64,000 bases of DNA from Gracilinanus agilis (taxonomy: Eukaryota). A program made the position numbers and the translations under genes. Location: NCBI RefSeq assembly GCF_016433145.1, contig NC_058132.1:71458421-71522420 (forward strand), in the 5' to 3' direction. The notes below the pieces were generated by a model, which did no database searches, was not told where the DNA came from, and saw nothing but the letters and a program-made list of their open reading frames with translations. Positions within the stretch are counted from its first letter, which is position 1. Every line of letters begins with the position of its first letter. Below, one piece after another: positions 44,001 to 56,000 of this stretch.

Positions 44001-47000
44001 TTAGCAACTACTTGAAAATAGCATCTCAAAGCCAATTTATTTCTGTTTGATATAGATGCTATCTATACTTTGACACACAGGACTCAGTTCTTATTTCAGG
44101 TCCTGTGTGGCTAAAGGGAAATGCTTCCCTCAGGCACTGGTATCCCGGGACAGCTAGAACTGAAGCCCCTGTCTGCAGTGAGAAAAGAACTCACTGCTCC
44201 CTACCAGACTGAGTAAAAGCTTGCAAACCAATAGCCCAAATCATAGTAGCTGATAAAATGTTTTCAGACTGCACAGGGACTTTCTGAAGATCCCACTTTC
44301 CATTTTGTAAAATGGAATATGGCTTTAGGCTAGTTACTGGATCTCCTGAGTCTCAATCTTATCATCTATAAAATGGAGCTAATGATGCCTGGTGTATTTT
44401 ATGTTACATCAAAGGCTCTTATGAGAGCTTTTTAAAAATAATTATCAATCAAGTCTTTATTATTCCTACTAATTTTCCAGCCAGGCACACTTCATTCATT
44501 TCATGAGCATTTGCTTAGACCCAAATCTATAGGGACAGGAGATTATGAACCTTGTAGCAGTGGCCAAAGGGGAAGGAATAGGCCTTCCTTAGTTCATGGC
44601 CTGGAGGGCTAAATCCCTTGTCCTTCCTCAAGCATGAGTTCCGGCTGGGTGTCCGGCTCTACTCTGAAGAACAGCCCCATGAAGCTGTGCCTCATTTGGA
44701 GGCAGCCCTGCAGGAGTATTTTATGGCAGATGAAGAGTGCCGTGCCCTCTGTGAGGGACCCTATGACTATGACGGCTACAACTACCTCGAATACAATGCT
44801 GACCTCTTCCAGTCCATCACAGGTATGCCCTGCTCTTCTCTTCTTAGGGGCATCCTCTCCTTATTTTTCCTCCAGAAAAGATTTGGTTGATACCTGAGTA
44901 GGGTCTGCCTCCTGGAATGATGCCAGTGCAGGCTGGGTAGGGATGGGGCTCTGGGCTGAGCCCCAACCTGGGGAGAGATAGAGGGCTTCCACTGTACTTG
45001 CTGGATGTAGCAGGATCCAACATTTGTAGCTCTCTGGTTCTCCAGACCAAGTACTGCCTCAGTGTCTGATGGCTTGCATCCAGCCTTTTAGACATTTGAC
45101 CATAGATTAAATTTGCTCGATTTTGTTATCTACTCCACAGCTTTCAGCCTCCCAGACTGATCTGATGTTCTTTCCCCTCTCCTGATTTCTTTCAGATCAT
45201 TATATCCAGGTGCTCAGTTGTAAACAGAGTTGTGTTACCGAGCTTGCCTCCCATCCTAGCCGAGAGAAGCCCTTTGAAGATTTCCTCCCATCACACTATA
45301 ATTATCTGCAGTTTGCCTACTACAACAGTAAGAACCATCTTCCTCCTTTGCCTCTCTCAGCTCTTCATTAATAATTTGATTTCTGGCTTGTAAATATAGC
45401 ATTCCCTGGGATGCTTGGGCATATTCTTTAGAGCATATAGATTATAGAGTTCTAAAATCTTACAGGTTCCACAGGATCTCAGAATTTATAACCAGAAAGC
45501 ACTTTAGAGATCATCTGGGAAACTTCATTTTACAGATAAGGAAACTGAGGCCTAGAGAAGTACTTACCCTAAGGTCACACAAGTAGGAAATCTCATAACC
45601 AGAATTTGATGTTCTAAATTTGATTACAAGGTTCTTTCCACCGTATCATATAACTGACATAGGAAGCCAGTACCAGCACCTCCTCAGCACTGGGAGGAGA
45701 AAGCCTGCACCAGGAGGGCTTTCCTGTAGTTCTTTCTTTAGCATCTTCTAATTAAGGCTTTCACGGAAATTAAAACAAAGCAAAGCAACCCCTAAGGGCC
45801 CAGAGTCTTTATAGGCAGGCCACAAAACAGACTCCAGACCTGCCCATTGTCCTGATGCCAGGGTTTTTGATGACTGTAAACTTCAGTAGACAGAACAGCT
45901 ATTACTTAACAACTCTTGAGAGCCTACTCTGTGTCCAGCCTAGCTTAAGGGCTAGCCTTCAAGAAACTCGGGGGGGGAGTGCAGCTGGGTAGCTCAGTGG
46001 ATTGAGAGCCAGGCCTAGAGACAGGAGGCCCTGGGTTCAAATCTGGCCTCAGATACTTCTCAGCCATGTGACCCTGGGCAAGTCACTTGACCCCCATTGC
46101 CTAGCCCTTATCACTCTTCTGCCTTGGAATTGGCTCCAGGATAGAAGGTAAGGGTTTAAAAAAAAAGAAACTCGGATTCTGGTGGGGGTGACTTAATATA
46201 TAACAATAATGACTTGTTGAGTTCCAAAGATCTCTGCCATACAATAGCCCTGCAAGGTAGATAGGGGAAGATCTCTGGGCTGAGGGTAAGTTAACAACCT
46301 ACCTTCTAGGTTTGGCGGGGCAGGAGGACATGCTTTGTCGATCAGAAAGCACTATGAATATGTGAGTAATAGTAGGAGTTATTATTGTTAGGAGTCCCAG
46401 GCTCTACTACTCATTAGCTCTGGTATTCTGGACATATGATTTCCCACCTCTGTCTGTCAGTCTCCCCATTTGTAAATGAGAGGATGGGTCTCCAAGGTCT
46501 CTTGCAGCTCTTAAAGAGCTATGAATCATCCTGTAGGAGGTACTGGATGGGATGGTTAACCCTGCAAAGGCATCAGGAGATTGAAGCCAGATGAGGAAAG
46601 GCTGGAGGAACTTGGGAAGGCTTCCTATGAAGAGTAAGACTTGAGCCATCAACTGGTCAAGAAGTGGGACTAGATCAAGGAAGAGGCTAAGGCCAGGAGA
46701 GATTTAGTAGTCATTGGTATCACGGGGAGAAGAGAAAGAGAATAGGGTTCATATGGGTGTCAGAGAGAAATGAAGGGAACCCAAAAGCAGGGAGGATGGG
46801 AGCCAAGATTAGAGTGGGGTCAGTCAGTCACAAACTTTTATTAAGCACTTACCATATGCGAGGTACTGTACTCAACATGGAATACAAATACTTGCCCTCA
46901 AGGAGCTTATGTGCTAAGGGGAGAAGACAGTACAGAAGAAGCTGAAGTGGGGAGAAGGAGGCTTCTGACTTGGGGCATGGCAGAAGAACTCTGAAGTGCA

Positions 47001-50000
47001 GCCCGGAGAGGGATGGAAGCATGACTGGTCTGGGCACTTCCTTTGATGGGAGTCCAGTGTCCCTGAAACCAAGAGAGGAGAAGATGTTGAGAAAGTTGGG
47101 GGCCCATTAGGATGGGATAAACAAGAGGATAAGGACAGAAAAATCCTTGATTGGGCAGTTAGTATCAATGGCCTTGGAAGGAGAGATTTCAGGGTTGTGC
47201 TAGAGGCGTTAGCCCTAAAGGGGTTAAGGACTGAGCTGGTGGGAAAGAAGTAAAGGCAATAAGTATAGATTATTTTTTCGAGAAGTTTGTCAGTAAGGGG
47301 AGAAGTGAAATGGAATCCTAGCTTGAGAAGGTACCAGAGTTAAGAGAACACTTTTTTCTTTTAGACTTGGGGACACCAAAGCATGTTTGATGGCAGGACT
47401 TAGTGGAGAGGAGACTAGAAATGCAAGAGAGCAGGAATGACCAATGGGGCAGATTCTGGAGATAGAAAGAGGGAATGAATTTAAGGAATTAGCAGGCTGG
47501 ACTTGGACACAAGAAGACATGGTCTCCAATCTTGCCTTTAACACTTGCTGTATGACCTTGGGCAGGGAATCTAATCTCTGCCTCACTTTCTTCCTCTATA
47601 AAATGAGAAGAGTTAGGCTGGAGGGTCTATAAGTTCCCTTCCAGTAGTTAGTCCTGTGACTGGGCGGGGGAAAAGGAGGAGGACAGGTGGAGAGAGAGAG
47701 AGAGGTTTAAGGAGGAGAACAGGCCGGCCAGCAGCAATTTCACAAGAAGCCAGGTGAGTGCCCGCTTCCACCACAGAGAGAGGCCGAGCAACGGTGGCTG
47801 TGTTGGAAGCGGGCACTCACCTGGCTTCTTGTGAAATTGCTGCTGGCCGGCCTGTTCTCCCCAGCCCGGATCTGGGGGGCTGGGAGGGTCAGGTGGCCTC
47901 TGTGTGTGGGCACCGAAGGACAGAAGCCAGCCCCTGCCCTCGAGGAGCTCTGGGGCGAAGGGGGGAGCTTTGGGGAGGCTCATCAGGAGGCAGCCCCCGG
48001 CGCCTGTAGGGACACGCTGACGGGGAGAAACGCCAGGCTCTGCACTTTGTCCTTTGTTGTTTGGGACAAGGAACCTGGCGTGGCGAGCCCATGAACTGTC
48101 AGGGGGACCCCCTGGTGGGGCCCCCCAGTAACATCTCCTAAGGAAACCAGGCCCAAGCCCTGGCTCTGGTCTTACTGGCCGTGCAATCGTGTTCTAGGCC
48201 TTTGCCTCGAGCCTCCATTTCTTCCTCCGTAAAATGGAGAAAATACTTGCTTCACCTGGCTCATGCCTGGGGAGGAGAAAGCCCTTTGCACGGGGCCGTC
48301 CTCTCCCCTCACAGCTGGCTCGGGGGTCTGTGTTTTCTGTGAGCAGGACACCAGTGCCCCGACAAGTGAGCTAAAGGGGTTAACAAGGAGGCCAGGCGGA
48401 CAGCCATCGACCGACCCAGCAGGCCTCGCTTGCCCATCTGCCTGGGCCCCGGGCCCGGCGGACGGTTAGGCCTGAGGCGGGGCTCCCTGGAAGGCTGGGG
48501 GGTCCTCCTAGGCAGCTGTTTTTCTCTTTTCAGTTGGGAATTATACCCAGGCCATCGAATGTGCCAAGACCTACCTGCTCTTCTTTCCCAACGATGAGGT
48601 GATGCAGCAGAATGTGGCCTATTACACGGCTATGCTGGGAGAGGAGCAGGCTCAGCTCCTGAGCCCCCGCGAGGTGAGTGGCGGCCCTTCGCCCTGGTGT
48701 CCCCGGGGCTTACGGGATCCGGACCAGGCCCAGAGGTGGGGGGAGCCCGGCTCCCGAGGATGCCTGCGCTAGGTCATCCTTCTGAGAGTAAAAGGGCCTG
48801 GCAACAAGCTGGTCCCACCCAACCTAGGAGAGAATCTACCACAGCTTAGCCCCCAGAGGGTCATCCGGCCTCTGCGTGAAGAGGATGCTCCGCTCCCTCT
48901 CAAGGAGGGCGTCCTGCCGCCAGGCTTCAGCTTGCCTCTCAGCGGCTTTCATTTCTGCCCTTTAGGTCCAAACAGAATGTTTCCGATCCCTCATTTATGC
49001 AGTGAAACCCCCTTAAGTCTTCTCTTCTCCAAGCTGCATGCCCTTTGACATGGCAGTGCCCGAGAGGGCCAGCCCCGGGCCAGGCAGAAGAGGAGGGCGT
49101 CCTGGCAGAACGTGGGGCCAGACAGCTGGAAAAAGCTCAGGACAGAGGAGCCTCCCTTCCTTTGGGAAAGAGGCCAGGCCACCCCGGAGACAGATTCGGC
49201 ACCCCAAAACGGGCTGAACGCGACCATTCTCCTCCTCTTCTCGCTCGGTGCTCTGTGCACAGGCTTCCTTTTCTTTCTCTTCCCCCTTCCCCTCGGCGGC
49301 ATTGTGGGGCGTCCGGCCCTTCTGCTCTTCTCCCCCAACCCAAAAGACATTTCCGGACGTCGGCCGCTCTGCCCTTTGTGTCCGAGTTGTAGCCTCCTGA
49401 GCCCACTGAGCCTAACCAAGAATTCCTTCTGCGGGATCAGTCAGGAGGTCATCCAGCCTCTCCCACTCTCGCCCAAGGCTGCTTGTTTCACTTACGGACA
49501 CCTTGAACTGTTAAGAAGTTTTTAAAAATGAAGCCAAGATTTGCTTCTTTGCACTTCTGCCTGCTGCTACCAGTTCTACCCTCTGTGGCCAAGCAGGGCA
49601 CTTTGAATCCTTCTTGCACATAAAAGCCTTTCCGTAGTTGAAGACAGCCATCATTTGGTCCGAAGCCCTTCAAGGCTTAAATGGCAGGCTCCTGAAAAAG
49701 GAGGGCACTCCTAATAAAGGCTGATGATGGTGTGTGCCGATTCTAATTATACAGGCTTTAAAAATGAAGGGGAGAGGAAGGGAACTGCTTATTTAAATCC
49801 CCCAATCTGCATAGAAAATACCACACTCTGGGAAGAATAGCACTAAGAGGCCGGCCAGAAGTTCAGAGGACACCAAATCCAAATAGGCACACTTGCACAG
49901 AGTACGGCGGGCAAGCAAGAGGCATTAACAAGGAGGAGGCCAATCTGACCACAGGCGTTATGGCCTCATGGCTAGACATCTGGCTTCTGGAGAGAGGAAA

Positions 50001-53000
50001 ACAGATTAAAATCCTACCTCCGACTCCTGGCTGTGAGACCTGGGCAGGGCATTTGCTCTCAGTGTCCCAAGCCCCTTTGGAAGTGGCAGGGGCGCTATCC
50101 CTTAGCATTGGAGGGAAAGTTCCTCTCCGGGACCTCTCTACCCTGAGGAAATCACAGGTCTAGGTTTTTGGCTGTTTTTAAGTCTCTTGGAAATGTGGCG
50201 AGCAGAGACCCATAATTAGAGGGATGGTATACCATGTTCGGAAGAAAGGATCAGATGAGTGGGGTGCAAAGTAGCACTGTAAATTAGATGAAATATTCAT
50301 GTAAGGAAATCTAGGAACTAGAACAGGGCTGCAGGTGAAGAGAGTATTTGGATGAACACCAGTAGTGGTAGAAATAGGTGCAGTATTATCATCCAAGTTG
50401 TATTATAGCCCACCGAGTCAGAAAGGGAAATAGATGCAGTGATTGTGAAACAGATCGTAAGGCCGGCATAGAAACCGGATGTAATAGGGATGTAGGACTT
50501 CAGTTATCTGGTCATTTGTTGGTGTTATCTCTCTGCCTAAAGCAGAAGAGCTAATAATTTGTTATTTTTTTAAACCCTTATCTTCCATCTTGGAATCAAT
50601 ACTATGTATTGGTTCCAAAGCAGAAAAGTGGTACAGGCTAGGCAATGGCGGTTAAGTGAACTTGCCAAGGGTCACACAGCTAGGAAGTGTCTTGAGTCCA
50701 GATTTGAACCCAGGACCTCTTATCTCTAGGCCTGGCTCTGTCCATTGAACCACCGAGCTGCTCCTGAAGCTAATAATTTCTTAACTTGCCTTAATGATAA
50801 TTTTATTCTTCAAATGGGAGAGAAATCAGTAACGAAATTCTCTATGTGATTTGATTCATACCAACGAGATGACTGAGATGGAAGTGATGAGAACATTGGG
50901 AAAAATAAAGGAACAATTCTGACCAAGAACAAAAGAGGGAATTTAAATTTTAAAATTAGAGTCAGCTGTCTATGCACAATGAGTTCACCAAACAACTTCA
51001 ATTACAAAAAGACATGCAAGAGTTGAAGCATCTGATAGGTAATAAAAGACAACAGATCAACCCAGAATGAGCCAAGACTAGCCAGGAAGGCTGAGGACAA
51101 AAGGAGCCTTACTTCTGTTGGATAAAGAGAAGGCAGGTGGGACCATGATGACACCAATCAAGGATAGAATTGCTCAATTTATTTTGCTTCTGTTTGCCCA
51201 AGAGAATAATTTCTGGAAACAAAAATGGCAAATAACAAATGGATACCCAAGATAAGGAGATAATAAGGGAATTGTTGATGAGTTCAATTTACTATCTGTT
51301 CTGGAAGGATTTGTCCTTGGGTACTTCCCTTGGTAGTGGCATGTGGGATGGCTGAGACCTTGTCAGTGGTCTTTGAAAAATCATGGTGAAGGAGCCCTGC
51401 CACAGGACTAGAGAATTCAAGAAGGGGAAAAAAATAAGAGTTTGTACATTCTGGGCCAGGAAGCTTGACTCAATTCCTAGAAAAATTCTAGAACAGATTC
51501 TTTTTTTTTTTAAACCCTTGTACTTCGGTGTATTGTCTCATAGGTGGAAGATTGGTAAGGGTGGGCAATGGGGGTCAAGTGACTTGCCCAGGGTCACACA
51601 GCTGGGAAATGGCTGAGGCCGGGTTTGAACCTAGAACCTCCTGTCTCTAGGCCTGACTCTCACTCCACTGAGCTACCCAGCTGCCCTAGAACAGATTCTT
51701 AAAGGAATATCTCTCTAGAAGAGGAAGCAGAGATTGCCAGAAGCTAGCACGGTTTCCTCAAGAATATGTCTTGCCAAGCTAATTGTGTTTCTCTTTTTGA
51801 TGGAGCTATCAAACTGATCGATCGATAGAAAGTCGTAAGACTATTTGACAAAATGTTTTTGTCTAGGGGAAAAGGAAGAGAAAGATGGTTGGACAAGGAC
51901 ATAGTCTTAGAACTGACTGAATGACGAGGCCTTAGTACCAGTCTTAAATAATGGAGTGTGTACTCGGAAAGAAGTTGCTGGAGGTGAGCCCCTGTAGAGC
52001 TGTGCTCTCAAATGTCATCGTCAGTGATTTGGACCAGGGCCTAGCTGGGGAACGTGAGCCTGGGGATGACAGCCGGTGTGCAGTCAGGCTTTGACAGGCT
52101 GGAATGCTGGGCTGGGTGGGCTCAACATCATCAGAAGCCCCTGAAAAGGAACTCCCTCGACCAATGCAGGCTGGCATCTTCTCTGCAGCTTATAGTCCTA
52201 GAGAGATCCCTGAGGGCACAGAGAGAGTCAGTGATTTGCTCATGGTCACACAGCCAGGCTGTATAAGATGGGGCAGCTAATGAAGGCCCACTGTCCACTG
52301 TTGCCTCTAACACAGTAAATTTAATAGAGAAAAAATGTAAATAAACATTGGACTTTAGTCTAAAACTTAGGTTCAAAAAACAGTTTTCCAAGTACATTTG
52401 ACTAGATGGTAGTTCTGAAAAAGATCTGGGGATTTTAGTGGACTGCAAGCTTCCTATGAAAGACAGCCAGGAAAGCACGCATGTGCTAAGGTCGCCCTAC
52501 ATGGAAGTGTGACGTCTAGGACGAGCCGTGATCGTTCTGCTGGCCTGGCCCCAGCTACAGTGTCTATTTGATGCTGGGTGCCACACTTCAGACCGGAGGG
52601 CTCCTGGAGCAGACGGCCAAGAGAAGGAAGGCTCTGGGTTCGAACCGTGTGAAGATCCGTGGAAGAGCTGCCATGTGGAGGGGGGAGCAGGTGCCCGGGG
52701 CCCCTCACAGCTCTGAGATTCCGGGATTCTCTAGGCTAACGCCCTTCCCTTCCTTTCCTTGAGTCCTGTCCATCTGTTTGAAGGCCCACCAGGAAGCCTC
52801 CTCTGCTTCCCCCGTGGGCCTTGGGGTATTTTGGGGCTCCTCCTTACCCGCAGTGTGAGCCCCAGAAGGGCACGAGCCGCCTTATCTAAGATGGCTGTCT
52901 TCTCCCCCAGCACCGAGCAGGATTTTGCAGGCGACCAGTAATTAGGCGCTGCTTTTCCTTGTCTTTCCTCAGAATGCCCGGGCCTACCGCCACCGGAGCC

Positions 53001-56000
53001 TGCTGGAGAAGGAGCTGCTCTTCTTCGCTTATGACGTATTTGGAATTCCCTTTGTGGACCCAGTAAGTGGGAGCGCAGGCTGGCCTGTAGGGGATTCAGG
53101 AGAAGGGGGGGAGCCCAGGCCACAAAGGGGGGAGCCCAGGCCGAGAGGGGGGGAGCCCAGGCTGAGAAGGGGGAGCCCAGGCTGAGAAGGGGGGAGCCCA
53201 GGCTGAGAAGGTGGGAAGGGGCCTGGGGATGGACGGCAGCAGGAAGCCCCATCTTAGTTCTCCTCAGCAAGCCGAGATGCGGGAGGCGCTCCGAGCGGGC
53301 CGGGCCTGACCCTTCCTCCCTGTTGTAGGACGCCTGGACCCCTGAGGAAGTGATCCCTAAGAGGCTCCAAGAAAAGCAGAAGTGAGTGCCTGGGCCGGAG
53401 TCTCGGGCTGGCTCTGGGCCCTGCCAGATGGGGGTCCCAGCCGAGGATGGACGGGCCGCCGGGGGGACGGTCTGGGGATGTTGGGGCGGCATCTTAGTCC
53501 GGTGACTCGTCCTGACAGGACAGAGCGGGAGACGGCGGTGCGCATTTCTCAAGAGATCGGAAACCTCATGAAGGAGATCGAAACCCTCGTGGAAGAGAAG
53601 ACGAAGGAGGCCGTGGACGTGAGTCTGCTGGCTCGGGAAGGTGAGAGCAGGCCTGGGGCCGGTCCCGGAGCTCTGCCCAGAGGGGTGCGTGTGCCCTCAG
53701 CCCCCCCGGGGAGGCGCCTCATGAATCCTCTCCAGACGTCCGGCGAGGCCTCGTTAGCACAGGGAGCCTGGGAGGGAGGAGACGGGCCTTTAGGTACCAC
53801 GGCGAGGCCGACGCTCGGCTGGGCCTGTCCCCGGGGGGGTTGCTGGCTTCAGCCTGGGCCCTTTCTGCTTCCTGGCTGCGGGAGGCCCTGCCGGAGAACC
53901 GGCACGAGGCTCGGACCCTGCCTCCATCTGGTGATCCATCTGGTGACGAGGAGGTGGCCACGCTGGGACAGCCCAGCCCCGGGGAGGACAGGCCTGAGAG
54001 AGCCGCTCCCCTCCTCCCCCTGCAGGCGGCCCCCTGCTCTACGAAGGCATCAGCCTGACCATGAACTCCAGGGTGCTGAACGGCTCCCAGCGGGTGCTGC
54101 TGGACGGAGTCATCTCGGACGACGAGTGCCGGGAGCTGCAGAGACTCACCAACGTGAGTGGAGGCTCCGGGCTGCGGGCCAGGAGGGCGGCGAGCCGTAG
54201 GGGGAGGCTCTCTGGCTCCGGCTGGCTCCGGCCCTCACTGCTTCATCACTCCTAACCCTTGCTTCTGCCTCAGAATCAGCCCTGGGGGTCTGTACCAGGC
54301 AGTGGGGTTAAGTGACTCACCCAGGGTCACGGCTACATGCGTCTGAGGCCAGATTTGAACCCGGGACTTCCCTTCTCCGGGCCTGGCTCCCTCCCTACCA
54401 AGCCACCTCACCTGCCCTGGGCTGTGCGGTTCTGGACAAGCTGTCCCTTCCCGGCCTCGGGCTCCTCGCCTCTTCAAGGGGGAGAGTCCCGGTGGGCCCC
54501 TTGGCGAGGCCAGCCTCCATCACAGAGACCCGTGACCAGCACTGCGGTTCTGCTTTCTAGGCAGCGGCAATAGCGGGGGACGGCTACCGAGGCCACACGT
54601 CCCCCCACACCAAAAGCGAGAAGTTCTATGGTGTCACCGTCTTCAAAGCCCTCAAGGTGAGTGTGTGGGAGCCCCCACCCCCCGGGCCCCGCATTTAGGG
54701 GATTGTGGGCATCACACACTGTCAAGATGGGGGGGCCGGGCTGGGACTCCCACCATGAGGAGAGGCTTGGGCCGAGGGGAGCAGGGGAGCCACGGCAAAG
54801 GAGAGGATGGGGGGAAGGGCGGCGTGCCGGGCACCCACCCCCGGGCCGTGCCCCCCACTCAGCTGGGCCAGGAGGGCAAAGTGCCCCTGCAGAGCGCCCG
54901 CCTCTACTACAACGTGACGGAGAAGGTGCGCCGCGTCATGGAGTCCTACTTCCGGCTGGACACGCCGCTCTACTTCTCCTACTCCCACCTGGTGTGCCGC
55001 ACGGCCATTGAAGGTAGGCCCTGGCCCTTCCCCATGGGGTCTCTCCCCTTCTCCTTCCCCTTCCCCCCAGAGGTCCTTCCCCTTCTTCCCCCTCTTCCCT
55101 TCTTCCCCTTCTTCCTCTTCTCCTTCTTCCTCTTCCCCTTCTCCTTCCTCTCCTCCCCCCTCTTCCCCTTCCGCTTTTTCTTCTTCCCCTTCCCTGCGGG
55201 GGTCCTGCGCCTGGCAGAGCCCCTGCCAGCGTCTGTGCTTGGCTTCCAGACGCTCAGGAGGACAGGACAGACAGCAGCCACCCCGTGCACGCCGACAACT
55301 GCATCCTGAACGCCGAGGCCCTGGCCTGTGCCAAGGAGCCCCCCGCCTACACCTTCCGCGACTACAGGTATAGACGGGCGTCCAGGCTGGGGCCGGGGCG
55401 CCACAGGGCAGGGGTCACGCCGCTTGTGTCTTTCCAGCGCTATCCTGTACCTCAACGGGGACTTTGATGGTGGAAACTTTTATTTCACTGAACTGGATGC
55501 CAAGACGGTGACGGTGAGTGGCCGGCCCTGGGGCTGAGTGCGGGGGGCCAGAGGGCACCTCGAACACCCCACGACACACACACACACACACACACACACG
55601 TGCCAGCCCCGGAGCCCCGGTCTCAGGGGTCAGTGGGTGCCCTGAGCTGGCACCTCTGCCCGCCGCCCCCCGAGGTTTGTCCCGGCCTTCTCCTGCTCCC
55701 AGAGCCCCTCCCCCGCCTGGGCACCCTCCCTCGTCTCCTCTCTCCAGGCCGAGGTGCAGCCGCAGTGTGGCCGGGCCGTGGGCTTCACCTCGGGGGCAGA
55801 GAACCCGCACGGCGTGAGGGCCGTCACCAGGGGGCAGCGCTGCGCCATCGCCCTGTGGTTCACCCTGGACCCCCGGCACAGCGAGCGGGTGAGTGCGGGG
55901 TGGGGCGGGCCTGGCTCAGAAGAGCCTCCCCTTCGGGCCTCCTCCCTTCCCCGGCCCTCAGCTCTGGGGCCCCTCGGTCAGGGCCGGCCCTCCCAGGCCC

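Larger units (their letters stand above)
50180..52720 (+). mobile_element. Long decayed L3/CR1 LINE remnant (endonuclease to RT end) with nested SINEs
   Basis: Decayed LYYSPPSQKGEID (EN-like), gaaaaattctagaacagatt (RT-like) and gaaaaagatctggggattttagtggactgcaagc (3' part). Confidence 0.65.

Noticed and set aside
47714-47860. MITE or DNA-transposon explanation for the hairpin
   Set aside because: There is no TA or 8-bp TSD at the ends and no terminal motif I recognise; a Dfam search would settle it.
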